Part shown: positions 9,210-19,069 of the stretch, one piece after another
How positions within the stretch are numbered: the stretch's first letter is position 1
Layout: every line of letters begins with the position of its first letter
DNA from: an uncultured bacterium
Lineage (GTDB): Bacteria; Desulfobacterota; Deferrimicrobia; Deferrimicrobiales; Deferrimicrobiaceae
Length of the DNA: 64,000 nucleotides
NCBI GenBank assembly: GCA_963829245.1
Contig: CAWHIM010000042.1
Coordinates: 2,703-66,702, forward strand
Direction of reading: 5' to 3'
Made by a program: the position numbers and the translations under genes
The notes under the pieces: model-generated
Seen by the model: the letters and a program-made list of their open reading frames with translations, nothing else
Databases searched by the model: none
What the model was told of the DNA's origin: nothing

Positions 9210-9600
9210 TGATGTACGGCAAGAGATCTTTCCAGGAGAACTACGAGAGGTACCAGCCGGGGATCCTTTGATTCCTGTCTCGCCTTGTGGGCGAGGAGGA
9301 GACCGGAGACGTGGCTCTCCGGGTGGATCGGGGGCCTGAATATGGTCCTGTGGCGCCGTCCAGGCGAAGTCATCCATCATTCCGACCAAGGGTGCCAGTA
9401 CCTCGGGTCGGCGCGGAAGCCGCGGCGTGGCTGGAAAGGGAAGCCAGGAGTTTCACCGAGTTCCTCTTCCTGCACCGGGCGGTGCCCGCGGAAGTGGGAG
9501 CCACCCTGGCGGACGGAGGGATTCATGCCGAGGGAATCATGGAGACGATGGATGGAGAGATCCTGCAGATCGCGGTCCGGAAATATTTTCGCTGACGTCA
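9210..9600 (+). mobile_element. degenerate IS3-family transposase (OrfB/rve) remnant, multiply frameshifted
   Basis: Fragments VIHHSDQGCQY (DDE-integrase HSDRGSQY motif) and MET..GEILQIAVRKYFR (MESFFGTLK..RKYF-like C-terminus) lie in different frames. Confidence 0.55.
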
Positions 9601-9622
9601 GAACATACGGGAGGAAAGAGAG

Positions 9623-10521
9623 ATGGGCATCAACAGACGGAACTTCCTGAAGGTCGCGGGGGCGGCCGGCAGCATGCTGCTCGCGGGGGGGGCCAAGTCG
9701 GCCTGGACCGCGCAGACCCCGGGAGGAAGTGTCGAGTTCTACGGGATCCTCATCGATACGACCAAGTGCATCGGCTGCCGCGCTTGCGAGGAGGCGTGCA
9801 ACGCACAGAACAGTCTGCCCAAGCCGGAAGTTTCCTTTTCCAGCGAGAGCGTGTTCGAGAAGAAAAGGGAGACGACCCCGGACGCCTTCGTTGTCGTCAA
9901 TCGGTTCCCGAACGGGAAGAGCCCGGAGAAGCCGATCTTCGTCCGGAGACAGTGCATGCATTGCACCGAGCCTTCCTGCGCCTCGGCCTGCCTGTGCAAG
10001 GCGATGGAGAAGATGCCCGAAGGACCGACCGTCTACCACAAGGACCGCTGCATGGGATGCCGATATTGCATGATTTCGTGCCCCTTCGATATCCCGAAGT
10101 TCGAATACAACAGCCCTACCCCGTACGTGAAGAAGTGCATCGGATGCCCCGATCGCGTGGCGAAGGGTGAACAGACCGCGTGCGCGGAAGCCTGTCCCGA
10201 GGGTGCGACCCTGTTCGGAAAGCGGAGGGATCTGATCGAGGAAGCCAAGAAAAGGATCTACCAGAACCCGGAACGGTACTACCCGCACATCTACGGCGAA
10301 CATGAAGTCGGGGGAACGGGCTACATGTACCTCTCGGCCGTCCCGTTCGAAAAGTCGGCTTCCGGACCGACCTGGGGACGAAGAATTACCCGGAACTGAC
10401 GTCCGGATTCCTGTCCTCCGTTCCTCTCGTGGACATCCTCTGGCCGGCGGTCCTGTTCGGCTTCAGCTACCTCATTTCCGACAAGGAAGAAGACGGGAAG
10501 GAGAACAACCATGAAAAGTAA
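9623..10521 (+). CDS. Tat-secreted 4Fe-4S ferredoxin-type subunit (NrfC/HybA/DsrO-like), one frameshift near 10375
   Basis: RRNFLK twin-arginine signal, four Cys clusters; C-terminal TM anchor (..ILWPAVLFGFSYLISDKEE..) only in the +1 frame; ATGA-type overlap with next gene. Confidence 0.8.
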
Positions 10522-11818
10522 CATCAAGCCGATGCCCATCCCCGGCATGCCGGACGCGATGGACACGGGTACCCTGAAGGGGTTCCTGCGGTTCCTCTGG
10601 CAGGAGCTGAAACCAAAGGGGAAGGTCCTGACGCCGTTCAATATCATCACCGGGATCATCATCCTGGGCGGGATCATCCTCATCGGCATCCGGCTCGTCA
10701 AGGGGCTCGGCGCCGTGACGAACCTCTCCCAGACGTATCCCTGGGGGATCTGGATCGGCTTCGACGTCGTGACGGGCGTCGCCTTCGCCGGAGGCGCGTA
10801 CATCCTGACCTTTGCCGTACACATCCTGAAGGTCAAGAAGTACGAGCCGATCGTGCGGGCAACCGTGCTGAACGGTTTTCTGGCCTACGTCTTCTACAGC
10901 GGCGCCCTCCTGCTCGACCTGGGACGCCCCTGGAACGTCGTCAACCCCATCATCGGGAACGCCTTCGGGTACGGGTCGGTGCTCTTCCTGGTCGCCTGGC
11001 ATTTCCTCCTGTACACACTGTGCCTGTTCGTCGAGGTCTCCCCCGCGATCGCCGAGTGGCTGAAATGGGTCAAGGCGCGGCGGATCATCGAGAAGATGAC
11101 CACCGCCACCGTCATCCTGGGCGTGACGCTGTCGACGCTGCACCAGGCGGGGCTGGGCGCCTTGTTCCTCACGGCGCCATCCAAGATCCATCCCCTCTGG
11201 TACTCGAGCAACATCCCGGTCCTGTTCTTCATCTCGAGCATGTTCGCGGGGTTTTCGTTGATCATCATCGAGAGCATGTTCACGCACAAGATCTTCTCCG
11301 ACCGGCTCGACGAATCCCATCGGGCGTCGCACAACAAGATCCTCCTCGGCCTCGCGAAGGGGTCGGCCAGCGTCATGGCCGCCTACCTGTTCCTGAAAGT
11401 GATCGACCTGACGCACGGCCATCATCTGGGGTTGCTCCTCACCCCGATGGGGCTCTGGTATCTGGTCGAGGTCGCCGGGTTCACCCTGCTCCCTCTCGTT
11501 CTTTACGTCGTCGCCATCCGGCAGCAAAGCGTAAGGCTCGTCCAGATCACCGCGTTCCTCACGGCCTTCGGCGTGATCCTGAACCGGATGAACATCTCCG
11601 TGATCGCGTTCAAGTGGTACGAGGCGGTTCGGTATTACCCGTCCTGGATGGAGATCTGGATCACGCTCGCGGTCATCAGCATGGAACTCTGGGTGTTCCA
11701 GTGGGTCATCAACCGGATGCCGATCCTCGGAGCGGACCCGGCCTTCAAGTCGGAAGAGAAAACCGTAAACAACCTTAATGATGGGGAGGTAGTGCAATGG
11801 AAGGTTTCAGACACATAG
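10511..11818 (+). CDS. NrfD/PsrC/HybB-family polytopic membrane subunit
   Basis: 435 aa, ~10 TM helices, NrfD-family pattern; translationally coupled to the upstream FeS subunit. Confidence 0.85.
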   Translation: MKSNIKPMPIPGMPDAMDTGTLKGFLRFLWQELKPKGKVLTPFNIITGIIILGGIILIGIRLVKGLGAVTNLSQTYPWGIWIGFDVVTGVAFAGGAYILTFAVHILKVKKYEPIVRATVLNGFLAYVFYSGALLLDLGRPWNVVNPIIGNAFGYGSVLFLVAWHFLLYTLCLFVEVSPAIAEWLKWVKARRIIEKMTTATVILGVTLSTLHQAGLGALFLTAPSKIHPLWYSSNIPVLFFISSMFAGFSLIIIESMFTHKIFSDRLDESHRASHNKILLGLAKGSASVMAAYLFLKVIDLTHGHHLGLLLTPMGLWYLVEVAGFTLLPLVLYVVAIRQQSVRLVQITAFLTAFGVILNRMNISVIAFKWYEAVRYYPSWMEIWITLAVISMELWVFQWVINRMPILGADPAFKSEEKTVNNLNDGEVVQWKVSDT

Positions 11819-11939
11819 ACACTTACATGGGCAGGTCCCTTCGCCGAAAGTATTTAAGCTGGGCCCATGCAGGAGGATTGCCGTTTTTGCCGTCCGCAAC
11901 GCGATGATGGAAGGGGGCTTTCAAGTTTTCTTATATCGC

Positions 11940-12052
11940 CAATTCTCGAAACGGGCCACATGGCCGAGAGTGGGGCCATGGTCGCCATGCGGAAGTTTAC
12001 CGAGGATATAATGTCGAACCAACCGGCGAATGAAACCAATGATGGAGATTGA
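11940..12052 (+). pseudogene. 3' fragment of an AhpD-like carboxymuconolactone-decarboxylase-family gene (duplicate of the 13422-13631 3' end)
   Basis: ETGHMAESGAMVAMRKFTEDIMS matches ETGHMVEKGAMAAMRKFTDDVLS of the intact copy; the N-terminal part is absent. Confidence 0.5.
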
Positions 12053-12090
12053 GCGGCAATCTGAATGTCTTGATCATGCCGCAGGCCGGT

Positions 12091-12474
12091 TTACCGCAAG
12101 AGGGTCCATATTTTGTATAAGGTCATGATGACGATGAGGACGCCGAACAGCTGCTTGATCCGTGCGCTCGGCATGTAAAGGCTGGTGATGCGGGCGCCGG
12201 CGAACGAGCCGGCCGCTCCGGCGACCAGGAGCACCACCGTCAGGGTCGGATCGAAGTGCGCGGTCGCCACGTGGGGAATGAGGGAAGCCAAACACCGAGA
12301 AAAGGGCGGTTACGCCATTCAGGAGAAGGCTCAGGGGCTGCACCTGGTGCACCAGGTCGGGGAGGAAACAGTCCGAGGAAGGGAATGGCCGCGAAGGCGA
12401 CCCCCAGCCCGAGCATGCCGGATACGACGGCAGAACAGGGTCAAGCCGGCCGTGACAACGATGATCGTTTCCAT
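12091..12474 (-). CDS. TauE/SafE (DUF81)-like small membrane protein, apparently frameshifted
   Basis: N-terminus METIIVVTAGL.. and C-terminal TM region ..AGAAGSFAGARITSLYMP..LFGVLIVIMTLY lie in different frames. Confidence 0.5.
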
Positions 12475-12830
12475 GGCGTCCTCCCGCTACGTTGATCATA
12501 TCGCTCAAATAACGAATTGACATTATAGCGCGTCGGATAAATAATATCCACCAGCTTGAATTTGTATGAAACAGGAAACCGGGAGCAGGGAGGATCGGAA
12601 TGCGTTTGCGCCTGACCACTCGTCCTGGAATCCCGGAGATCCTCCGGGATTCCAATATGAAGCGGAAAGTGTGACCCGTGTCTTACAGGATTCTTGCGAT
12701 ATTCGCGCATCCAGACGATGAGACGTTCCTTGCCGGAGGAACCTTGACGAAGTATGCGGATGCCGGGTGGGAGGTGTCCGTGCTTTGCGCGACGCGCGGC
12801 GAGGCCGGACGGCGGGGAGAATACGGAAAG
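12371..12830. repeat. segmental duplication copy B (intact side)
   Basis: Pairs with 7456-7900. Confidence 0.6.
12493..12550 (+). promoter_or_regulatory. operator/promoter cassette copy 2 driving the PIG-L / AhpD-like genes
   Basis: tgatcatatcgctcaaataacgaattgacattatagcgcgtcggataaataatat; TTGACA at 12517-12522. Confidence 0.5.
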
Positions 12831-13385
12831 GATAATATTTCCGCCGGGGAATTCGCACTGGTACGACAGCGGGAGATGGAGGATGCCTGCCGTGTCCTCG
12901 GTGTGGGAAAACCGCTCTTCCTGAAATGCGCCGACGGGGGAGTCGCGAAGGATTGCCGGGACTCCGCGACGACGGAAATTGTCCGGTTCCTCCGCAAATG
13001 GAAGCCGGACGTGGTCATCACGTTCGGCCCGGATGGCGTCTCGGGCCACACCGATCACGTGGCGATCGGCGGGATCGCGACCGTTGCGGCACGGGAAGCC
13101 GGGGTCCGTTCCTTGTACTATGTGTTGCGGTCCGAATCGCTGTCGACGTGCTGCAAACCCGAGGTTCCGGTTTCATCTCCTCCCGTGACGACGGTGATCG
13201 ACGTGAGCGGTTTTGGAGAGCGCAAACTCCGGGCCATGCGCTGTTACAGAAGCCAGAAGCACCTGCTGTCGGAGGACCCGGCCGTGATCAGGGACACGGT
13301 AAACGGGCGGGAGCACTTCCACCGTGCGCTTCCGGCCGGATTCACCGCGGGACGCGAAGATCATCTGTTCGTTCCGTTTTCCTGA
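12678..13385 (+). CDS. PIG-L/LmbE family N-acetylglucosaminyl deacetylase (MshB/BshB-like)
   Basis: AHPDDE zinc-binding motif, HxDH motif (GHTDHVA); 235 aa intact. Confidence 0.8.
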   Translation: MSYRILAIFAHPDDETFLAGGTLTKYADAGWEVSVLCATRGEAGRRGEYGKDNISAGEFALVRQREMEDACRVLGVGKPLFLKCADGGVAKDCRDSATTEIVRFLRKWKPDVVITFGPDGVSGHTDHVAIGGIATVAAREAGVRSLYYVLRSESLSTCCKPEVPVSSPPVTTVIDVSGFGERKLRAMRCYRSQKHLLSEDPAVIRDTVNGREHFHRALPAGFTAGREDHLFVPFS

Positions 13386-13421
13386 GCGCAAGGAACAGAA
13401 CGGGAAAGGAAGGTAATACAT

Positions 13422-13631
13422 ATGGATGAACGCACCAAAGAACTGATCGCAATCGGCGCATCCGTGGGCGCCCACTGCCAGCCGTGCCTCACCTGGCATA
13501 TGAAGAAAGCGCGTGAACTGGGGATCGACGACGAGACGATCCGGGCCGCGATCGAAACGGGCCACATGGTCGAGAAAGGCGCCATGGCCGCCATGCGGAA
13601 GTTTACCGACGATGTCTTGTCCGGTAAATGA
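13422..13631 (+). CDS. carboxymuconolactone decarboxylase (AhpD-like) family protein with CxxC
   Basis: 69 aa; AhpD-core signature AHCQPCLTWH. Confidence 0.7.
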   Translation: MDERTKELIAIGASVGAHCQPCLTWHMKKARELGIDDETIRAAIETGHMVEKGAMAAMRKFTDDVLSGK

Positions 13632-13680
13632 CATATCGTCAAATAACGAATTGACAAATACGCATCGAAGGAACGATAAT
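13629..13680 (+). promoter_or_regulatory. operator/promoter cassette copy 3 upstream of arsD (TTGACA 13651-13656, GATAAT 13675-13680, 18-nt spacer)
   Basis: tgacatatcgtcaaataacgaattgacaaatacgcatcgaaggaacgataat; inverted repeat GTCAA-N8-TTGAC overlapping the -35. Confidence 0.55.
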
Positions 13681-13738
13681 ACGCTTTGCGTATATCTTAT
13701 GAGTACTTATCCGGATTCTCCGGGCAAGGAGGCAGATC

Positions 13739-14038
13739 TTGAGGAAGCTGGAAATCTACGAGCCGCCGTTGTGCTGTCCCACCGGGGTGTGCGGGCCGGC
13801 GCCCGATCCCGCCCTGGCGAAGCTCCAGGAGGACATCCTTCGGTGGAAGAAGGCGGGCGTCGTCGTCGAGCGGCTTGCGATCAACCAGGTCCCGCAGCGG
13901 TTCATGTCGAATCCGGCGGTGGTCGACCTGCTGACCCGCGAGGGGCAGGAGGTCCTGCCGATCGCCCTGCTCGACGGGAAAGTCGTCTGCAAGGGGAAAT
14001 ACCCGACGTACGACCAGGTCACCCGGGAGGGGATGTAG
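13739..14038 (+). CDS. arsD: arsenical metallochaperone/repressor ArsD
   Basis: PPLCCPTGVCG motif and ..LDGKVV..GKYPT ArsD fold; TTG start 6 nt after AGGAGG. Confidence 0.85.
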   Translation: MRKLEIYEPPLCCPTGVCGPAPDPALAKLQEDILRWKKAGVVVERLAINQVPQRFMSNPAVVDLLTREGQEVLPIALLDGKVVCKGKYPTYDQVTREGM

Positions 14039-14266
14039 ATGCCGACCTACGCATACCTGTGCCGCGCCTGCGGCCGTCCGTTCGAGATGCGGATGTCCAT
14101 CCGGGAGAAAGAACGTGGAAGCCCCGCTGTCCGGTGTGCGGCAGCGCGAAGGTGGAGCAGCAGCTCTTCGGCTTCTCCTTCGGTGGGGCGGGGGCGGAGC
14201 ACCCGCCCCGGGCGGGTGATGCCCCCCCGGCCGCGGCGGTCGCTGCGGGTGAAAAGCCGGTGGTGA
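14039..14266 (+). CDS. FmdB-family zinc-ribbon protein (frameshifted, end uncertain)
   Basis: MPTYAYLCRACGRPFEMRMSIREKE, then in the +1 frame ..CPVCGSAKVEQQLFGFSFGG; two CxxC knuckles typical of the FmdB zinc ribbon. Confidence 0.5.
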   Translation: MPTYAYLCRACGRPFEMRMSIREKERGSPAVRCAAARRWSSSSSASPSVGRGRSTRPGRVMPPRPRRSLRVKSRW

Positions 14267-14305
14267 GGACGGCGGATCCCGGATGGATGGGGGGTAAGGC
14301 GGTTC

Positions 14306-16168
14306 ATGCACAAATACACGTTCTTTTCCGGCAAGGGCGGGGTGGGAAAAACCACCCTTGCGGCGGCCACGGCCGTGCGCACGGCGCAGGCGGGGAAACG
14401 GACCCTGATCGTCTCCACGGACCCGGCCAGCAACCTGGCCGACGTCTTCGAACGCCCCATCGGGCCCCGGGTCACGGAGATCGCGCCGAACCTGTTCGCA
14501 CTCGAGATCGATCCGGATACCGCCACAAAGGAGTACGGGGAGCGCGCGCTGGCGCCCTTGCGCGCCGTGCTTCCTCCGGACGCCATGAAGGTTCTCGAGG
14601 AACAGTTCCGAAGCGCCTGCACGGTCGAGATCGCCTCGTTCGACCGGTTCACCGACTTTCTCGGCGATACGGAGTTCGACCACGTGGTCTTCGACACCGC
14701 GCCCACGGGTCACACGCTCCGACTGCTCGAGCTCCCGGTGGACTGGTCCCGCCATATCGAGGAAGCCGCGCAGGGGAACGGCCAGACGTGCATCGGGCCG
14801 GTCGCCTCCCTGCAGGGGGCAAAGGCGAAATACGACCACGCCATCGCCGCGCTCCGGGACCCCGGTGAGACGGAGTTCACGCTGGTCTGCCGTCCGGAGC
14901 GGACCTCCGTGGACGAGCTGCTCCGGGCCCGCGAAGAGCTGCGGATGCTCGGGATCGGAAACTTCCGGATCGTGGTGAACGGGGTGATCCCGGTCGGGGC
15001 GGGGGGGCCGTTCGCGAACCAGTCCTCTTCCCAGCGGGAGCAGGTCCGCCGTCTTTCCGGGAAGGATCGACCGACCCTGCATCGAGGTGCCCCTCCAGGC
15101 AGGGGAAGTGAAGGGGCTTTCCGCCCTGGGGCGGTTCGCCGCCATCGCCTTCGACGGAAAGGAAGATTCCCTCCACGACGGATTCACGGGAACCCGCGCC
15201 TACACGGGGTTTTCTCCTCCGTACGCCCTGAGGAGGATGGTGACCGGCGATGGTCGGAGCAGGACGGTCGTCCTGACCGGCAAGGGAGGGGTCGGGAAAA
15301 CCGTCGCTGCATGCGCCCTGGCGGCTCGCCTCGCGCGGGAGGGGAAACGGATCCTCCTGGCGACCACCGACCCGGCGGCCCACATCGGGTCGGTCCTTTC
15401 GGCGGAGGTGTCGAGCGAAGTGCGTCCCGTTCCGGACTACCCCGGGCTCTTCGCCGTCCGGATCGACCAGAAGGAGAGCGTCGAGGCGTACAAGGCGAAG
15501 ATCCTCTCCCAGGCGGCCGCGTCCGGCCACACCGGCGAGATGCTCGCCGTGGTGAAGGAGGAGCTGGAATCCCCCTGCACGGAGGAGATGGCGGTCTTCG
15601 AGGAGTTCTCCGGCCTGGTGGAGCGGGACGATTTCGACGTTGTGGTCCTCGACACCGCACCCACGGGGCACACCTTGCGGCTTCTCGAACTGCCGTACGA
15701 CTACGCCCGGCAGGTCGAGATGATGGTGGCCGTCCGGAAGGACGACGCCGGGGCGACCGGCGCCAAGGGGAAGCTCGACGCGCTCGTCCGTCGTCTGAAG
15801 GATCCCCGGGCGACGACCTTCCTCCTCGTGATCTACCCGGAATACACCCCGATCTTCGAGGCGAAACGGGCCGCGGAAGACCTGAAGGAGTCCGGCATCG
15901 AGGTGCAGGGCGTCATCGCCAATTTTATTCTCGAAGAGGACGACTGTTCGTCTCCGTTCTCCATGTCGCGATTCCTCATGCAGCAGCACTATCTCAAGGT
16001 GGCGGAGGAGACGTTCCGGCTGCCGATCTTCAAGGTGCCCATGCTGCCGTCGGAGCCCGCGGGCAAGGATGCCCTGGACCGGGTGGGCAGGGAGTTGCTC
16101 GGGAACGGAAAACATCGCATTCGCCGTTCCGGAAGCGGCGGCGGGAATCGAAGGAGGGGGCAACATGA
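14306..16168 (+). CDS. arsA: arsenite-transporting ATPase ArsA (two P-loop halves), with frameshift(s)
   Basis: Two GKGGVGKT Walker A motifs, DTAPTGHTLRLLELP signature in both halves, metalloid-binding Cys residues. Frame changes near 15060-15090; the 3' end near 16100-16168 is ambiguous. Confidence 0.8.
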   Translation: MHKYTFFSGKGGVGKTTLAAATAVRTAQAGKRTLIVSTDPASNLADVFERPIGPRVTEIAPNLFALEIDPDTATKEYGERALAPLRAVLPPDAMKVLEEQFRSACTVEIASFDRFTDFLGDTEFDHVVFDTAPTGHTLRLLELPVDWSRHIEEAAQGNGQTCIGPVASLQGAKAKYDHAIAALRDPGETEFTLVCRPERTSVDELLRAREELRMLGIGNFRIVVNGVIPVGAGGPFANQSSSQREQVRRLSGKDRPTLHRGAPPGRGSEGAFRPGAVRRHRLRRKGRFPPRRIHGNPRLHGVFSSVRPEEDGDRRWSEQDGRPDRQGRGRENRRCMRPGGSPRAGGETDPPGDHRPGGPHRVGPFGGGVERSASRSGLPRALRRPDRPEGERRGVQGEDPLPGGRVRPHRRDARRGEGGAGIPLHGGDGGLRGVLRPGGAGRFRRCGPRHRTHGAHLAASRTAVRLRPAGRDDGGRPEGRRRGDRRQGEARRARPSSEGSPGDDLPPRDLPGIHPDLRGETGRGRPEGVRHRGAGRHRQFYSRRGRLFVSVLHVAIPHAAALSQGGGGDVPAADLQGAHAAVGARGQGCPGPGGQGVARERKTSHSPFRKRRRESKEGAT

Positions 16169-16392
16169 ACGTGAAAGAGTTCGCGGAGCAGTTCAAGGCG
16201 CTTTCGAAGGAAGATCAGATGGCCGTGATCCGGCAGATCATGCCCGGGTTCTGCGAGAGCATGATGAGCGACCCGAAGGGGATCCTGGAGATGTTCTCCC
16301 TGATGACGGAGGAGTGCGGGGAGCCGATGGCGAACATGGTCTCCATGATGGGGATGATGATGGGCCGCAAGGGCGGGGGCTGCTGCGGATGA
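16165..16392 (+). CDS. small Met-rich protein ending in GGGCCG (putative metal(loid)-binding)
   Basis: 75 aa; strong AAGGAGG RBS; Met clusters MVSMMGMMMG and C-terminal vicinal Cys pair; between arsA and acr3. Confidence 0.5.
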   Translation: MNVKEFAEQFKALSKEDQMAVIRQIMPGFCESMMSDPKGILEMFSLMTEECGEPMANMVSMMGMMMGRKGGGCCG

Positions 16393-16407
16393 GCGGTTCT
16401 CCGTCCT

Positions 16408-17487
<1,080 letters not shown>

Positions 17488-17508
17488 GGGGCAAGAAGAA
17501 AAGCCGGC

Positions 17509-18604
17509 GTGCTGTTCCGGGGCGGGGGGTGCGGGGAGACCGCGGTCGACGTCGCCTCCGCCATCCCGTCGCCCGGCGCGCAGGCCGGGGCGTGGCGGTA
17601 CCTCCTCGCCGGCGGGCTCCTTCTCGCGGCCTGGTGGGCGCTCTACCTCAGCCTGCCGCCGTTTTCGGTGGTTCACGTATTCACTGTTTCCGCTCGCTCC
17701 CGACACGCGGCTCGGCACGGCTGTCGAGTTCTTCGTCTACGATGGTCCCAAGGTCCTCCTCCTCCTTACCCTCGTGGTCTTCGGCGTGGGCATCGTGCGC
17801 TCTTACTTCACCCCGGAGCGGGCCCGGAGGATCCTCGCGGGGAAACGGGAGGCGGTTGGGAACGTGATGGCGGCCCTCCTTGGCATCGTAACGCCCTTCT
17901 GTTCCTGCTCGGCGGTGCCGCTGTTCATCGGGTTCGTCACCTCGGGCGTCCCGCTCGGCGTGACGTTCTCCTTCCTCGTGTCCGCGCCGATGGTCAACGA
18001 AATCGCGCTGGTCCTTCTCTTCGGCCTGTTCGGCTGGAAGATCGCCGCGCTCTATCTCGGGACGGGGCTCGTGATCGCGATGGTGTCCGGCTGGGTGATC
18101 GGGCGTCTCGGGATGGAGCGGTACGTCGAGGAGTGGGTCTACGCGATCCCCTCCGGCGGGGACGGCGCACCTGGGGAGGAGCGTCTCTCGTTGCGCGACC
18201 GGGTCCGGTACGGCTTCGACGCCGTCCGGGACATCGTCGGAAAGGTGTGGCCGTACGTGCTGGCCGGGATCGGGGTGGGGGCGGCGATCCACGGGTACGT
18301 GCCGGAGAACTTCATGGCCGGGATCATGGGGGCGCAGGCCTGGTGGTCGGTCCCGCTGGCGGTCCTGATCGGCATCCCGATGTATTCGAACGCCGCGGGG
18401 ATCATCCCCATCGTTCAGGCGCTTCTCGGCAAGGGGGCGGCGCTCGGCACGGTGCTCGCCTTCATGATGTCGGTGATCGGGCTCTCGTTCCCCGAGATGG
18501 TCATCCTGCGGAAGGTGCTGAAAGTCCGCCTGATCGCGACCTTCGCGGCCGTGGTGGGGATCGGAATCCTCCTCGTCGGCTACCTGTTCAACCTGGTCGT
18601 ATAA
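17509..18604 (+). CDS. arsP: ArsP (DUF318) organoarsenical efflux permease, N-terminal frameshift, start uncertain
   Basis: Conserved TPFCSCS and MVNEIALVLLFG motifs; N-terminal helix (..WRYLLAGGLLLAAWWALYLS..) is in another frame. Confidence 0.7.
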
Positions 18605-18630
18605 GGCCACCCTCGGGGCGCCCTGGATCC

Positions 18631-19069
18631 TCAGACGTCGAGAACGACGATGGCGTGCCATCCATCGGGGGTCCTCTCGACCACGAGACGGTGCAGGGTC
18701 ACCGCCTTGACGTCCGCGAGGAGGCAGTGCCTGTCGGGATCGATCGTCTCGCCGATCGCCTCAGCGTGGAGGCGATACCCCGATCCGGCCTCCTCGATCC
18801 GCAGATCGCGTACCCGCAGCAGGAGCCGCTCGGCGTCCTTGTAGATAGACGAGCTCCTGAAGGAGCTCGAAGAGGAGGAGGTCGAGGGCATCGGCGGCAA
18901 TGGAGATCTCTCGATGCTCCCTTGGAGCGACCGTCCCGATCTCCTCCACCATCGTGTTCAGCGTCGCGTCGGCCGCGGCGAGAAACGTCTCCTCCTTTGT
19001 TGCGCCCCACGCCTCGAACGCCACGTCCGCCGTGGCGATCTCTCCGAGGTATCGGTACGGCGAGGTCAT
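18631..19069 (-). CDS. archease (RtcB activator), one frameshift
   Basis: N-terminus MTSPYRYLGEIATADVAFEAWG.. and C-terminus ..YRLHAEAIGE..HRLVVERTPDGWHAIVVLDV lie in two frames; ATGA overlap with the rtcB stop. Confidence 0.7.

Noticed and set aside
9427-11797. Large antisense or alternate-frame ORFs over hybA-like/nrfD (9427-10170, 10472-11797, 11020-11778)
   Set aside because: No domain signatures, biased composition, and the region is already fully explained by well-supported genes on the plus strand
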